Source of the DNA: Lysobacterales bacterium
GTDB taxonomy: Bacteria; Pseudomonadota; Gammaproteobacteria; Xanthomonadales; Ahniellaceae
Reading direction: 5' to 3'
NCBI GenBank assembly: GCA_017997455.1
Contig: JAGOEZ010000001.1
Location: 1,980 to 53,058, forward strand
DNA length: 51,079 nucleotides
Part shown: in pieces, positions 8,626 to 18,733 of the stretch
Position numbering within the stretch: the first letter of the stretch is position 1
How the letters are laid out: every line of letters begins with the position of its first letter
Translations under genes and position numbers: made by a program
The notes under the pieces: model-generated
Databases searched by the model: none
What the model saw: only the letters and a program-made list of their open reading frames with translations
What the model was told of the DNA's origin: nothing

Positions 8626-10458
8626 GTGAAGGCCCGGTCCGCGCGCCCTCGCCTCCGCTACGCATTGGCGCTGGCCATGCTGTGCCCCTGGTGGCCGGCC
8701 GCCGCGGCGCTGGCTGCGGCAAAACCGGACGCGCCCGCGCCGCGCATCGCGCTGACCATCACCGGGGTCAAGGACGCCCAGCTCAACGCGGTGCGCGATG
8801 CCCTCGACCTGCACGCCTGGCGCAATCGCGGCGACCTGACGCCGGCACGGATGGCGCGCCTGCAGCGCCGCGCGCCGGCGCAAGCGCGAGCCGCGCTGGA
8901 GATCTACGGCTACTACAGCGCCGGGGTCGAGGTGAGCTCGCAGCCGCGCGCGGATGGCTGGGACGTGAAGGTCGCGATCGAGCGCGGCGAACCGGTGCGG
9001 GTGACGGTGCTCGACGTGCAGGTGACCGGCGAGGGCGCGCCGGCCGGCAACATCCCGATCGGCGACGAGTCCGAGCCCGGGCTTGCGGCCGCGCTGCGAC
9101 GTTTCCGGCCGCGGGTGGGCGAGGTCTTCGACCACGTGCTCTACGAGCAGTCCAAGCGCGGCGTGGAGCGCGCGCTGCTGCGCTACGGCTTCTTCGACTT
9201 CGACGCCACCCGCCAACGGGTGGAGGTCAGCCGCGGCCAGCGCAGCGCGGAGGTGCGCCTGCACTGGGAGTCGGGCCCGCGTTTCCGCTTCGGCGAGCTG
9301 CGCTTCACCGGCGCGCAGTTCCCCCCGGCCTTCATGCAGCGCTTCGCCAGCTTCGAGCGCGGCGAGCCCTTCGACCACGCGCGCCTGGAACTGCTGCAGC
9401 AACGGCTGGCGCAGAGCGAGTACTTCGGCCAGATCGTGGTTGCGCCCGACCCGGAGGCGGCGAGCGGGGGCGAGGTGCCGGTCAACGTCACCCTGACGCC
9501 GGCGCTGCGCACGGTGTACACCGCCGGACTGCTGATCGACTCGGACTACGGCGCCGGCGTGCGCTTCGGCGTCGACCGGCGCTGGGTCAACGACCGCGGG
9601 CACCGGCTGCGGGCCAAGTTCGAACTCGCGCAGTACCTTGACGTCGCCGCAGCGGAGTACGTGTTCCCGCGCGCGGCCAGCATCGAGAGCGCGTGGGCGG
9701 TGGCGGCGCGCTACCGCGACGAGAACACCGATGCGGTCGACGCCAGTTCCTATTCGCTCAGCGGCAGCCTGATCGTGCCCTGGCGCGGCTGGAGCGTGGT
9801 CAGCTCGCTCAATGCGCTCGATGGCACCTTCACCAACAGCAGCCAGGACGACGGCGTCATCGACCAGTTCACCGAAAGCACCCTGGTGTTCTACCCCGAG
9901 CTGCGCGCCGACCGCGTGTTCGCGCGCAGCCGCATCCGTCCGCGGCGCGGCGCGTCGCTGTCCCTGCGCGCCCGCGGCGCCAGCGACAGCGTGCTGTCGG
10001 AGGTCTCGCTGCTGCAGCTCCATGGCTTCGGGCGCTACATCATGCCGATCGGCAAGGCCAACCGCCTGCTGCTGCGCGCCGAACTCGGCGCCACCTCGAC
10101 CGACGACATCACCGCGCTGCCGCCCGAACTGCGCTTCTACGCCGGCGGCTCCAACAGCGTGCGCGGATATGAATTCCAGAGCGTGGGCGCGCGCGACGCC
10201 GACGACGAGGTGATCGGCGGCAAGTACGTGGCGACCGCGAGCCTCGAATTCGAGCGCCAGTTCCGCCCCGACTTCGCCTGGGCCGCGTTCGTCGATGCCG
10301 GCGATGCCTGGTCCGACGGTTCGCCCGACATCGTGTTCGGCGCCGGCTTCGGCATCCGCTGGATTTCCCCCGTCGGCCCGGTGCGCGTGGACCTCGCGCA
10401 TGGCTTCGACGACGACAGCGTGGTCACGCTGCACGTCTCCGCCGGACCCGACCTGTGA
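8626..10458 (+). CDS. tamA: Translocation and assembly module outer-membrane subunit TamA (Omp85/BamA family)
   Basis: This is the tail of track ORF 7492..10458. GTG 8626 gives a proper signal peptide (KARSARPRLR + hydrophobic core + AAA). It has POTRA-like N-terminal repeats and a C-terminal Omp85 barrel (RFYAGGSNSVRGYEFQS, FVDAGDAW). It overlaps tamB by 4 nt (GTGA). Confidence 0.85.
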   Translation: MKARSARPRLRYALALAMLCPWWPAAAALAAAKPDAPAPRIALTITGVKDAQLNAVRDALDLHAWRNRGDLTPARMARLQRRAPAQARAALEIYGYYSAGVEVSSQPRADGWDVKVAIERGEPVRVTVLDVQVTGEGAPAGNIPIGDESEPGLAAALRRFRPRVGEVFDHVLYEQSKRGVERALLRYGFFDFDATRQRVEVSRGQRSAEVRLHWESGPRFRFGELRFTGAQFPPAFMQRFASFERGEPFDHARLELLQQRLAQSEYFGQIVVAPDPEAASGGEVPVNVTLTPALRTVYTAGLLIDSDYGAGVRFGVDRRWVNDRGHRLRAKFELAQYLDVAAAEYVFPRAASIESAWAVAARYRDENTDAVDASSYSLSGSLIVPWRGWSVVSSLNALDGTFTNSSQDDGVIDQFTESTLVFYPELRADRVFARSRIRPRRGASLSLRARGASDSVLSEVSLLQLHGFGRYIMPIGKANRLLLRAELGATSTDDITALPPELRFYAGGSNSVRGYEFQSVGARDADDEVIGGKYVATASLEFERQFRPDFAWAAFVDAGDAWSDGSPDIVFGAGFGIRWISPVGPVRVDLAHGFDDDSVVTLHVSAGPDL

Positions 10459-13400
10459 CGCGCCGGCGCTGGCTGCTCGGACTGGCGGGCCTGGCCTTGC
10501 TGCTCGGGCTGCTGGCCCTGGCCTTGCTGGCCACGGGCACCGGCACGCGCGTGGTGCTGGAGCGGATCGAGGCCGAGTTCCCCGGCCTGACCGTGGGCCA
10601 TGCCGATGGCCGGCTGTCCGGCACCGTGGTCCTCGACGACGTGCACTGGCAGGGCGACGGCATCGAGGTCTCGATCCGGCGCCTGGCCCTGGTGCCGCGC
10701 CTGCGCCTGCTGCTGGGCGGCACGATCGCCTTTGCGAGCATCGATGCCGAAGGCCTCCGCGTGCGCAGCTTCGCGCGCGCGGCCGCGGCCGATGCGCCGG
10801 GAGGTGACGTGGCCTGGCCGCGCATTCCGGCCACGGAATTGACCCTGCGCGATGCGCAGTGGACCGATGGCGCCTCGGTGGTCACGATCACCCGGGCCCG
10901 CGCGCGCGCCGCGCTGGACCAGCCGCGGCTGGTGCTCGAGCGCCTCGATCTCAGCGCGCCGGAGGGCCGGGTGCGTGGCGCCTTGTCGCTGGACCTGGTG
11001 AACTCGCTGGCGGAGGGGCGCGCCACCTTCGACTGGCTGCTCGACGAGCAGCGGTTCCAGGGCGTCTACGAAGGCCAGCGCCGCGCCAACGAGGCGCTGT
11101 TCACGCTGACGCTGCAGGCGCCCTGGCAGGCGACCGTGGCCGCCACGACCGACGCGAGGCAGGCCTGGAACGCCTGGCAAGGCACGCTGGACCTGCCCCC
11201 GCAGTCGCTCGCCGGCCTGCCGGCGGTGCTGGCCGACGCGCCGACCAGCCTGCACCTCGAGGCGAGTGCGCAGGCCGACGGGCCGATCGAGGTCGCGGGA
11301 ACCGTGGCTGCGCTTGGCCGCGAATGGCTGCTCGACGAAGCCGTCGTGACGCGGAACCTCGGCGACTGGCGCATCGACTCGCTGCGCCTGCGCGAATCCG
11401 CCGGCGCCGGCGAACTGCGCCTCGCGGGCATGTTGCACCCCGCCGCGCCGCTCGCGCTGGACCTGCAGGCAACCCTGAAGTCGTTGAGCCTGCCGTGGCC
11501 TGCCGCCGTCGCGGACATGCGGCTCGACGGGACGCTGCACGTCGCCGGCAACGACCGGCAATTCGCCTTCGCGCCCGCGCTCGACCTCAGCGTGCCGGGC
11601 CTGCCGCGCGGCCGGCTCGGCGGCCGGGTCACGCTGGATGCCGGCATGATCGAACTGCAACCATTGTTGCTCGAAGTCGGCGGCGGCAGCTTCACCGCGG
11701 CTGGCCAGGTGCCGCGCGACGACGCGGTGGAGGGCGCGGTGGCCGTGGTGGCGCAGGCCTTCGATCCGGCGCTGCTGGCGCCGGCCTGGAGTGGTCGCCT
11801 CGACGGCGCGATCGCATTCCGCGGCAGCGGCCTCGGCGCCGGCACGCCGACCGGCACCTTGCAGGTGCAGACCCTGCAGGGGCAACTGCGCCAGCGCGCG
11901 GTGAATGCCGACGGCGCCATGGCGCTGTCCGCCGGCGCGCCCGGCGCGGCGACCCTGCGCGTGCGCAGCGGGCGCGCGCGCCTCGAGCTCGACGGCGATG
12001 CGGGCGCCGCGACCGACTTCAACCTGCAATTGGACGCCCCCGACCTCGCGGACCTGTTCCCGGGTTGGCGTGGCGCGCTGACGATCGACGCGGACCTGGC
12101 ACGCGACCCGGCGGCCTGGCCGCGACGCGCGCGTATCGACGGCAGCGGCATCGCCGTCGGCGACTTCCGGGCCGCCACGCTGCGCGGCGTGCTCGAAGCC
12201 GCAGCCGGACGCGAGGGTCCGCTCGAATTCGAACTCGTCGCCGCGGGGCTGGACGTGGCCGGCCAGAACCTCGACCGCGCGCGCATGCAGGTGTCGGGCC
12301 CGCTCGCCCAGCACCGGATCGCGCTCGAACTGGCGCGCGATGCCGCCAGCGTGAAGGCACTGGCCGAGGGGACCTGGAACGGCGAGCGCTGGGATGGCCG
12401 CATCGCGGCGCTCGACGCCGTGCTGGCCAAGGGCGAGCCCCTGGCCCTGCAGGCCCCGGCGCTGCTCGCGATCGGCGCGGACCGGGTCACGCTCGGCGCG
12501 CTGTGCGTGGCCGGCGCGCGCGCGCGGCTGTGCGCCGACGCCGAGGGCACGCCGGCGCTGGGCAATGCCACGCTGCGACTGGACTCGCTGCCCTTGCAGG
12601 TGGTGGAGCTCTTCGTCGACCTGCCCGACCGCACGAGCCTGGACGGCGAAGCCAATGGCGTGGCGCGGCTGGCCTGGAGCGACGGTGCGCCGCTCGCCAT
12701 CGATGCCAGCCTGCGCGCCGAGCGCGGGCGCTGGATCGACGAGCGCAGCGAAGGCCTCGACGTCGGCTTCGACGGGCTCGCCCTCGATGCCGCCTGGCGC
12801 GGCGATGCCGGCAGCGCGACCGTCGACGCCATGCTGCTGCCCGCGGGCTCGATCCACGCGACCGTGACCCGCGATCCGGCCGACCCGGAGCGCCCGTGGC
12901 GGATCGTCGCCAATGCCGACCTGCCGGAGATCAAATGGATCGAGGAGTTCTTTCCGCAGTTCGACGCCACCGCGGGCCATGCCTGGGTCGAGCTCGACTG
13001 GCGCGGCGGCGCGGCGCCGGCGCAGTTGCGCGCGCGCGGCCGCATCGAGGACGTGGCTGGCGAGATGCCCGGACTGGGCATCCGGCTCGCCGACGGCAAC
13101 CTGCGCCTCGAGCAGGACGGCGACCAGGTCGCGATCCAGGGCAGCGTCGACTCCAACGGCGGCACGCTCAAGCTGGTCGGGCGCTACGATCCGCGCGAGG
13201 AGCAGCGCCTGCTGCTCGAGCTCGGCGGCATCGACGTCGAGGTCGCCAACCTGCCGGAGGCGCGCTTGCGCGTCACCCCGGACCTCCGGCTCTCATTCGA
13301 CGGCGACAGCTGGCGCCTCGGCGGCAAGATCGTGATCCCGAAGGCGCGCATCGACGTGTCGCGCCTGGAGAGCGGCGCGCGGCGCAGCGCGGACGTCGTC

Positions 13401-13988
13401 GTGATCGACGACCCGCCGGGCACGGGCGCCGCGCAACGCCCGTGGCGGGTCAAGGTCGAGGTGGTGCTCGGCGGCGACGTGGTCGTGCAGGGCTTCGGTT
13501 TCGACGGCAACGTGATCGGCCTGCTCACTGTGAGCCAGCGCTCGGGCCGCCAGGCGACCGGCTCGGGCGAACTGGTGGTCGACGGGCGCTACTCGGCGCT
13601 GGGGCAGAACTTCGACATCGAGAGCGGGCGCCTGCTGTTCTCGGGCGGCGCGCTGGACAACCCCTCGCTCTCGCTGCGCGCGACCCAGCGCTTCGGCAAC
13701 AACACCACGACCGTGCGCATCAACGGCACCGCGGCCAATCCCGAACTGCACGTGGGCACGCCCGACGGCGTCACCGAGGTCGACGCGCTGGCCGCGCTCA
13801 TGGGCAGTTCCGGCACCTTCGCCTTCGGCCGCTACCTCACGCCGCGCCTGTACGTGGGCTACGGCATCGGCCTGATCTCCGGCGGCGAGGTGTTCTCGGT
13901 GCGTTACCGGATCAACCGCAGCTTCGACATCGAAGGCACGTCCGGCGCCGAGAACCGCGCCGCGCTCAACTACCGCATCGAGCGCTGA
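10455..13988 (+). CDS. tamB: Translocation and assembly module inner-membrane subunit TamB (DUF490 C-terminus)
   Basis: 1177 aa with a GTG start. N-terminal signal-anchor RRRWLLGLAGLALLLGLLALALLA, a long beta-rich body, and a DUF490-like C-terminus (RLYVGYGIGL...RYRINRSFDIEG). It lies immediately downstream of tamA. Confidence 0.85.
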   Translation: MTRRRWLLGLAGLALLLGLLALALLATGTGTRVVLERIEAEFPGLTVGHADGRLSGTVVLDDVHWQGDGIEVSIRRLALVPRLRLLLGGTIAFASIDAEGLRVRSFARAAAADAPGGDVAWPRIPATELTLRDAQWTDGASVVTITRARARAALDQPRLVLERLDLSAPEGRVRGALSLDLVNSLAEGRATFDWLLDEQRFQGVYEGQRRANEALFTLTLQAPWQATVAATTDARQAWNAWQGTLDLPPQSLAGLPAVLADAPTSLHLEASAQADGPIEVAGTVAALGREWLLDEAVVTRNLGDWRIDSLRLRESAGAGELRLAGMLHPAAPLALDLQATLKSLSLPWPAAVADMRLDGTLHVAGNDRQFAFAPALDLSVPGLPRGRLGGRVTLDAGMIELQPLLLEVGGGSFTAAGQVPRDDAVEGAVAVVAQAFDPALLAPAWSGRLDGAIAFRGSGLGAGTPTGTLQVQTLQGQLRQRAVNADGAMALSAGAPGAATLRVRSGRARLELDGDAGAATDFNLQLDAPDLADLFPGWRGALTIDADLARDPAAWPRRARIDGSGIAVGDFRAATLRGVLEAAAGREGPLEFELVAAGLDVAGQNLDRARMQVSGPLAQHRIALELARDAASVKALAEGTWNGERWDGRIAALDAVLAKGEPLALQAPALLAIGADRVTLGALCVAGARARLCADAEGTPALGNATLRLDSLPLQVVELFVDLPDRTSLDGEANGVARLAWSDGAPLAIDASLRAERGRWIDERSEGLDVGFDGLALDAAWRGDAGSATVDAMLLPAGSIHATVTRDPADPERPWRIVANADLPEIKWIEEFFPQFDATAGHAWVELDWRGGAAPAQLRARGRIEDVAGEMPGLGIRLADGNLRLEQDGDQVAIQGSVDSNGGTLKLVGRYDPREEQRLLLELGGIDVEVANLPEARLRVTPDLRLSFDGDSWRLGGKIVIPKARIDVSRLESGARRSADVVVIDDPPGTGAAQRPWRVKVEVVLGGDVVVQGFGFDGNVIGLLTVSQRSGRQATGSGELVVDGRYSALGQNFDIESGRLLFSGGALDNPSLSLRATQRFGNNTTTVRINGTAANPELHVGTPDGVTEVDALAALMGSSGTFAFGRYLTPRLYVGYGIGLISGGEVFSVRYRINRSFDIEGTSGAENRAALNYRIER

Positions 13989-15208
13989 GCCGGCAGGCGT
14001 TGCGCCAGCGGCGGCACGCGCCCGGCCCAACCGCAGGCGTGCAAGGCCAGGCGGCGCTTGAGCGGCGCCAGGCGGTCGACCCAGGCCATGCCGCCGCGAC
14101 GCAGCCAGCCGATGCCGGGCGTGTCGGTGCGGAACAGCGCGTCGATCAGGTCCAGCGACTTCGCCGCCAGCGCCGCGTCGCTCTCGCGCCAGCGGCGGTA
14201 GCGCGCCAGGGTCGTCGCCGCGCCGGGGTCTTCCGCCGCGGCGTGCGCGGCGACCAGCACCTGGGCCAGCGCGGCCGCGTCCAGCAGGCCGAGGTTGAGG
14301 CCCTGCCCGGCCAGCGGATGGACCACGTGCGCGGCGTCGCCGACCAGCGCGAGTCGCGGCCCGGCGTAGGCCTCGGCCAGTTGCAGGCGCAACGGGAACG
14401 CGACCCGGGGCGAGGTCGCGGTGATGGCGCCGACCGGGCCGTCGAAGGCCGCGCCCACTTCGCGGCAGAAGGCGTCGTCGTCCAGCGCCAGGACCTCGGC
14501 GGCGCGCGCATCGCGCAGCGACCACACGACACTCGAACGTCCATCGGCCAGTGGCAGCAGCGCGAGCGACCCGTCCGCGGAGAAGCGCTGCCAGGCGGTG
14601 TCCTGGTGCGGGCGCGTGGTCGCGACATGCGCCACCACCGCGCGCTGCGCATAGTCGCGGCCTTCGGTGCGCAGGCCCGCGAGCTCGCGCAGCGGCGACC
14701 AGGCGCCGTCGGCGGCCACGGCCAGGCGCGCGCGCACGCGCGCGCCGGAATCCAGGCCCAGCACCGCTTCGCGCGCGCCGGCCTCGAAGGCCGTCACGCG
14801 CGCGGGACACAGGCGCTGCACGCGCGGCTCGTCGCACACCGCCTGCCACAGCGCCGCGCGCAAGGCACGATCCTCGACGATCCAGCCCAGCTGCGGCTCG
14901 CCGACCTGGTCGGCGTCGAAGGCGAGCCCTTGTCCTGGCGCGTCCTCCCACACGCGCATGGCGCGATACGGCTGCGCGCGGGCGGCAGCCGGATGCGGCC
15001 AGGCGCCAAGGCGCTCGAGCATCGCGGCGGGGCCCGGCGCGAGCGCATAGACCCGCAGGTCCCATTCTCCCGCGGGATCGAAGGGCTCGGGTTCGCGCGC
15101 CTCGACCAGCGCCACCGCGAGCCCATCGCGCGCCAACGCCAGCGCCAGTGCCGCGCCGACCACGCCGGCGCCGACCACGGCGACATCCACGCGCGAGTCG
15201 CTCGACAT
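13970..15208 (-). CDS. FAD-dependent ubiquinone-biosynthesis hydroxylase, UbiI/VisC/UbiF-like
   Basis: Track ORF 13970..15235. I prefer ATG 15208 (MSSDSRVDVAVVGAGVVGAALALALAR, a Rossmann GxGxxG). UbiH/COQ6-family motifs GDAAHVVHPLAGQGLNLGLLD are present. It is the second gene of a tandem pair, as in E. coli ubiH-visC. Its 3' end overlaps the tamB 3' end by 19 nt. Confidence 0.8.
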   Translation of the reverse strand: MSSDSRVDVAVVGAGVVGAALALALARDGLAVALVEAREPEPFDPAGEWDLRVYALAPGPAAMLERLGAWPHPAAARAQPYRAMRVWEDAPGQGLAFDADQVGEPQLGWIVEDRALRAALWQAVCDEPRVQRLCPARVTAFEAGAREAVLGLDSGARVRARLAVAADGAWSPLRELAGLRTEGRDYAQRAVVAHVATTRPHQDTAWQRFSADGSLALLPLADGRSSVVWSLRDARAAEVLALDDDAFCREVGAAFDGPVGAITATSPRVAFPLRLQLAEAYAGPRLALVGDAAHVVHPLAGQGLNLGLLDAAALAQVLVAAHAAAEDPGAATTLARYRRWRESDAALAAKSLDLIDALFRTDTPGIGWLRRGGMAWVDRLAPLKRRLALHACGWAGRVPPLAQRLPAQRSMR

Positions 15209-15215
15209 CGCCGCG

Positions 15216-16481
15216 CTACCCGCCCCGGCCTGCAAGCGATGCTTCGCGCAGGCTGCGCGCCGATGCGTCCGCGGGATAACCCATCAGCCGCCAGGCCAGT
15301 TCGCGCTTGGCGTCGGGCCAGCGTTCCAGCGCCGCCATCGCGAGCCCGCGCGCGAACCGCAGCGGCGCGCCGCGATGGGCGAAGCCGCGGACCAGGCCGT
15401 CGGTCCACTCGATGGTGCGCGCGCGGTCCCCGGCGCGGGCCGCCGCGTGGGCCGCGAGCAGCGCGGGCGCGCCCGGATCGGTGCCGTCGCGCAGCGCCGC
15501 GGCGATCTCCCGCGCCAGCACCATGGCGTCGCGCAGCCCGAGGTTGAAGCCCTGCGCGCCGATCGGGTGCAGGGTCTGCGCCGCGTTGCCGACCAGCACG
15601 GCGCGGGACGCGGTGAGCGCATCGGCGCGGGTCAAGGCCAGCGGCCAGGGCTGGCGGCGGCCGATCCGCCGCAGGCGGCCCGCGCCATGGCCGAGCAGGG
15701 CCTGGATCTCGGCCATGCAGGCGCCATCGTCGAGCGCGAGCACCCGTTCCACGGCGGCACTCGCCACCGTCCAGACCAGCCCGGCGCGAGCGCGCGACAG
15801 CGGCAGCAGCGCCAGCGGGCCATCGGGCGTGAAGCGCTCGCGCGCGACGCCCTCGGCGGCGCCGTCGATCTCGACCGCTGCCGCGATCGCGGTCTGGCCG
15901 TAGTCGTGGGTGCTGGCGCCGATGCCCAAGGCGCCACGCACGAACGAGGCGGTGCCGTCGGCGCCCACCAGCAGGCGCGCACGGATCCGCGCGCGCCGGC
16001 CCTCGTGCTCGTATTCGACCTCGATCGCGTCGGCGCCGGCCGCGATCGCGACCACGCGCGCCGGCGCCACGCGCCGCAGGCGCTGGCAGGCCTCGACCCG
16101 CCGCGCCAGGCCCTGCGCCACGGCGCGGGCCGGCGCGGTGCTGCCCAGCGATTCGAGGCCGTAATCCGCTGCAGCGATCCTGACCACGCCGAAGTCGCCC
16201 CGGCTGGACACCTCGACACGCCGGATCGCCTGCGCCTCGGGCGCGATCGCGGGCCACGCGCCGATCGCGGCCAGGGCCTCGACCGTGCGCCGCGCCAAGG
16301 CGAAGTGGCGCTCGTCCCAGCGTGCCTCCGCGCTGCGCGGCGGCTCGGCCTCGAGCTGGACCAGGTCCAGCGCGAGGCCGTCGAGCGCGCAGGCGAGGCT
16401 GCTGCCGACCAGCCCGCCGCCCACGATCAGGACGTCGCATCGGGTATCCACCGGTGCATGATACGGCCCGGGTGCCGGCAA
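15216..16481 (-). CDS. ubiH: FAD-dependent 2-octaprenyl-6-methoxyphenol hydroxylase UbiH-like
   Basis: 421 aa. CDVLIVGGGLVGSSLACAL (GxGxxG) and GNAAQTLHPIGAQGFNLGLRD. It is a paralogue of the downstream gene. The exact start is uncertain. Confidence 0.75.
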   Translation of the reverse strand: MPAPGPYHAPVDTRCDVLIVGGGLVGSSLACALDGLALDLVQLEAEPPRSAEARWDERHFALARRTVEALAAIGAWPAIAPEAQAIRRVEVSSRGDFGVVRIAAADYGLESLGSTAPARAVAQGLARRVEACQRLRRVAPARVVAIAAGADAIEVEYEHEGRRARIRARLLVGADGTASFVRGALGIGASTHDYGQTAIAAAVEIDGAAEGVARERFTPDGPLALLPLSRARAGLVWTVASAAVERVLALDDGACMAEIQALLGHGAGRLRRIGRRQPWPLALTRADALTASRAVLVGNAAQTLHPIGAQGFNLGLRDAMVLAREIAAALRDGTDPGAPALLAAHAAARAGDRARTIEWTDGLVRGFAHRGAPLRFARGLAMAALERWPDAKRELAWRLMGYPADASARSLREASLAGRGG

Positions 16482-16584
16482 CCGCGATGGTGCCTGCCGG
16501 GACGCTCCGGCGACGGCGACGGCGACCGCAGGCCCGCGCGTTGCTAAACTACCGGCCCGCCGCTCACCCCGTGGTCCCGCGCCG

Positions 16585-17115
16585 ATGGAAGCCCGCTACG
16601 ATCCACTCGCACCCCGCACCCTGGTCCTGGTCGGGTTGATCGCGGCCTGCGTGCTCTCGCGCCTGATCCCGCACCCGTGGAATTTCAGCCCGATCGAGGC
16701 GGTCGCGCTGTTCGCGGGCGCGCGCTTCGCCGACCGCCGGCTGGCGCTGCTGGTGCCGATCGCGGCCATGGCGCTGTCGGACGTGGTGCTGGGTTTCCAC
16801 GGCGGCATCCCGGTGGTCTATGCCTGCATCGCGCTCATGGCCTGGTTCGGGCGCGGACTGCGCGAGCGCGGTGGCGCCTGGCGCATCGCCGCCTATGGTT
16901 TCGCGAGCGCGAGCTTCTTCTTCGTCGCCACCAACCTGCAGGTCTGGCTGGCCTCCGGCATGTACCCGCTCACGCTCGAGGGCCTCGCCACCTGCTTCGG
17001 CCTGGCACTGCCGTTCTTCCAGAACCAGCTGGCCGGCGTGGCCTTCTACAGCACCCTGCTGTTCGGCGGCTGGGCGCTGCTGGCGCGGCGCGTGCCGGCG
17101 CTGGCCGCGGCCTGA
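16585..17115 (+). CDS. Small polytopic membrane protein resembling the DUF6580 putative-transporter family
   Basis: 176 aa with about 5-6 hydrophobic helices. The motif RLIPHPWNFSPIEAVALFAG is the signature I associate with DUF6580. The family name is from memory and needs an HMM check. Confidence 0.6.
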   Translation: MEARYDPLAPRTLVLVGLIAACVLSRLIPHPWNFSPIEAVALFAGARFADRRLALLVPIAAMALSDVVLGFHGGIPVVYACIALMAWFGRGLRERGGAWRIAAYGFASASFFFVATNLQVWLASGMYPLTLEGLATCFGLALPFFQNQLAGVAFYSTLLFGGWALLARRVPALAAA

Positions 17116-17122
17116 GGCGCGT

Positions 17123-17146
17123 GCAGCGGGCCGCGTGGCCCGCTGC
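17123..17146 (+). terminator. Perfect 10-bp GC hairpin between the DUF6580-like gene and the adenosyltransferase gene (no U-tract)
   Basis: GCAGCGGGCC-GCGT-GGCCCGCTGC was read directly, 8 nt after the TGA at 17113-17115. No T-run follows, so it may be an attenuator or RNA-stability element rather than a terminator. Confidence 0.3.
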
Positions 17147-17189
17147 GGCTTCGATCCCGCGACCGTCTCCAACCGACCTCGATCGCGCC

Positions 17190-17747
17190 ATGGGCAACCG
17201 GCTGACGAAGATCTACACCCGCACCGGCGACGACGGCACCACCGGCCTGGGCGACGGCAAGCGCGTGGCCAAGGATTCGGCGCGGGTCAGCGCCTACGGC
17301 ACCGTCGACGAGCTCAACAGCGCGCTCGGCGTGGTCCTCGCGCAGCCCCTGCCCGACGCGCTGCGCGACGCGCTGACCGAAGTGCAGCACGAGCTCTTCG
17401 ACCTCGGCGGCGAGCTGTGCATACCCGGCAGCGAGATGATCCAGGAGGCCGACATCGTGCGCCTGGAACGGCGCCTCGACGGCTTCAACGAGGACCTGCC
17501 GCCGCTGAAGGACTTCATCCTGCCGGGCGGGGGCGCGGCGGCGGCCCACTGCCACCTCGCGCGCACGATCTGCCGCCGCGCCGAGCGCGAACTGGTCACG
17601 CTGTCGCACCACGACGCCGTGCGCGGCGAGGCGATCCGCTACCTCAACCGGCTCTCGGACCTGCTGTTCGTGCTCGCGCGGGTGCTGGCGCGCGCCGACG
17701 GCAACGGCGAGGTGCTGTGGCGCCACGAACGGCGCCCGCGCGGATGA
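17190..17747 (+). CDS. ATP:cob(I)alamin adenosyltransferase, PduO/MMAB type
   Basis: This is the tail of track ORF 16677..17747, from ATG 17190. KIYTRTGDDGTTGL, YGTVDELNSALG and FILPGG...HLARTICRRAER are classic PduO-type motifs. Confidence 0.9.
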   Translation: MGNRLTKIYTRTGDDGTTGLGDGKRVAKDSARVSAYGTVDELNSALGVVLAQPLPDALRDALTEVQHELFDLGGELCIPGSEMIQEADIVRLERRLDGFNEDLPPLKDFILPGGGAAAAHCHLARTICRRAERELVTLSHHDAVRGEAIRYLNRLSDLLFVLARVLARADGNGEVLWRHERRPRG

Positions 17748-17806
17748 GCACGTTCCGCGCGCGCGGACCCGCGCCCGGCAGCTGAGCCGCGGCGCCCGCG
17801 ACTTCC

Positions 17807-18733
17807 GTGATCTACACCCATCCCGCCTGCCTCGCGCACGACCCCGGCCCCGGGCATCCGGAGTGCCCGGAGCGCCTGGCCGCCGTGCTCGAGGCGCTGG
17901 CCGCGCCCGAGTTCGCCGCGGTGCCGCGCATCGAGGCGCCGCTGGCCACGCGCGCGCAGATCGCGCGCGTGCACGTGGAAGGACTCTACGATGCGCTGGA
18001 ACGCAGCGCACCCGCGAGCGGGCGCGTGCGCCTGGATCCCGACACCGCGATGTCGCCGGGCAGCTGGGAGGCGGCGCTGCGCGGTGCCGGCGCGGCCTGC
18101 GCGGCGGTGGATGCGGTGGTCGCCGGTCCGGCGCGGCGCGCCTTCTGCGCCGTGCGCCCGCCCGGGCACCATGCGACGCCGCGGCACCCGATGGGCTTCT
18201 GCCTGCTCAACAGCGTGGCGATCGGCGCCCGCCACGCGCTGGACCGGCACGGCCTGGAACGGGTGGCGATCGTGGACTTCGACGTGCACCACGGCAACGG
18301 CACCCAGGATGCCTTCGCCGACGAACCGCGCGTGCTGTATGCCTCGACCCATCAATGGCCGCTGTATCCGGGCACCGGCGCGCCCGAGGAGCGCGGCCGC
18401 GGCAACATCCTCAACGTGCCGCTGGCGCCCGGCACGCATTCGGCCGCGTTCCGCCGCGCCTGCACGGAGACGCTGCTGCCCGCGATCGAGGCCTTCGCGC
18501 CGCAACTGCTGCTGGTATCGGCGGGCTTCGATGCGCATCGGCTCGACCCGCTCGCCAACCTCGACCTCGAGGACGACGACTACGCCTGGCTCAGCGCCGC
18601 GCTGGTCGCGATCGCCGAGCGCCACGCCGGCGGGCGCCTGGTGTCCACGCTCGAGGGCGGCTACAGCCTCACCGCCCTGCGCCACGCCGCCACCGTCCAC
18701 TGCCGCGCCCTGTTCGGCACGACCGCGCCCTGA
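17807..18733 (+). CDS. Histone deacetylase-family (class II HDAC-like / acetoin-utilisation AcuC-like) amidohydrolase
   Basis: 308 aa with a GTG start. [27 protein letters not shown] and LEGGY are the Zn and catalytic motifs of the arginase/deacetylase fold. Confidence 0.85.
   Translation: MIYTHPACLAHDPGPGHPECPERLAAVLEALAAPEFAAVPRIEAPLATRAQIARVHVEGLYDALERSAPASGRVRLDPDTAMSPGSWEAALRGAGAACAAVDAVVAGPARRAFCAVRPPGHHATPRHPMGFCLLNSVAIGARHALDRHGLERVAIVDFDVHHGNGTQDAFADEPRVLYASTHQWPLYPGTGAPEERGRGNILNVPLAPGTHSAAFRRACTETLLPAIEAFAPQLLLVSAGFDAHRLDPLANLDLEDDDYAWLSAALVAIAERHAGGRLVSTLEGGYSLTALRHAATVHCRALFGTTAP

Noticed and set aside
10137-15547. Very long shadow ORFs: 10137..12980 minus (947 aa), 10859..15547 plus (1562 aa) and 11066..13171 minus.
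   Set aside because: They overlap tamB and the ubi hydroxylase genes in other frames, their sequences are Arg/Pro/Ala low-complexity, and they would cross real gene boundaries.
16482-16584. Cobalamin riboswitch upstream of the DUF6580-like/PduO pair.
   Set aside because: The spacer is only ~103 nt and I could not find a B12-box-like sequence. A covariance-model scan would be decisive.
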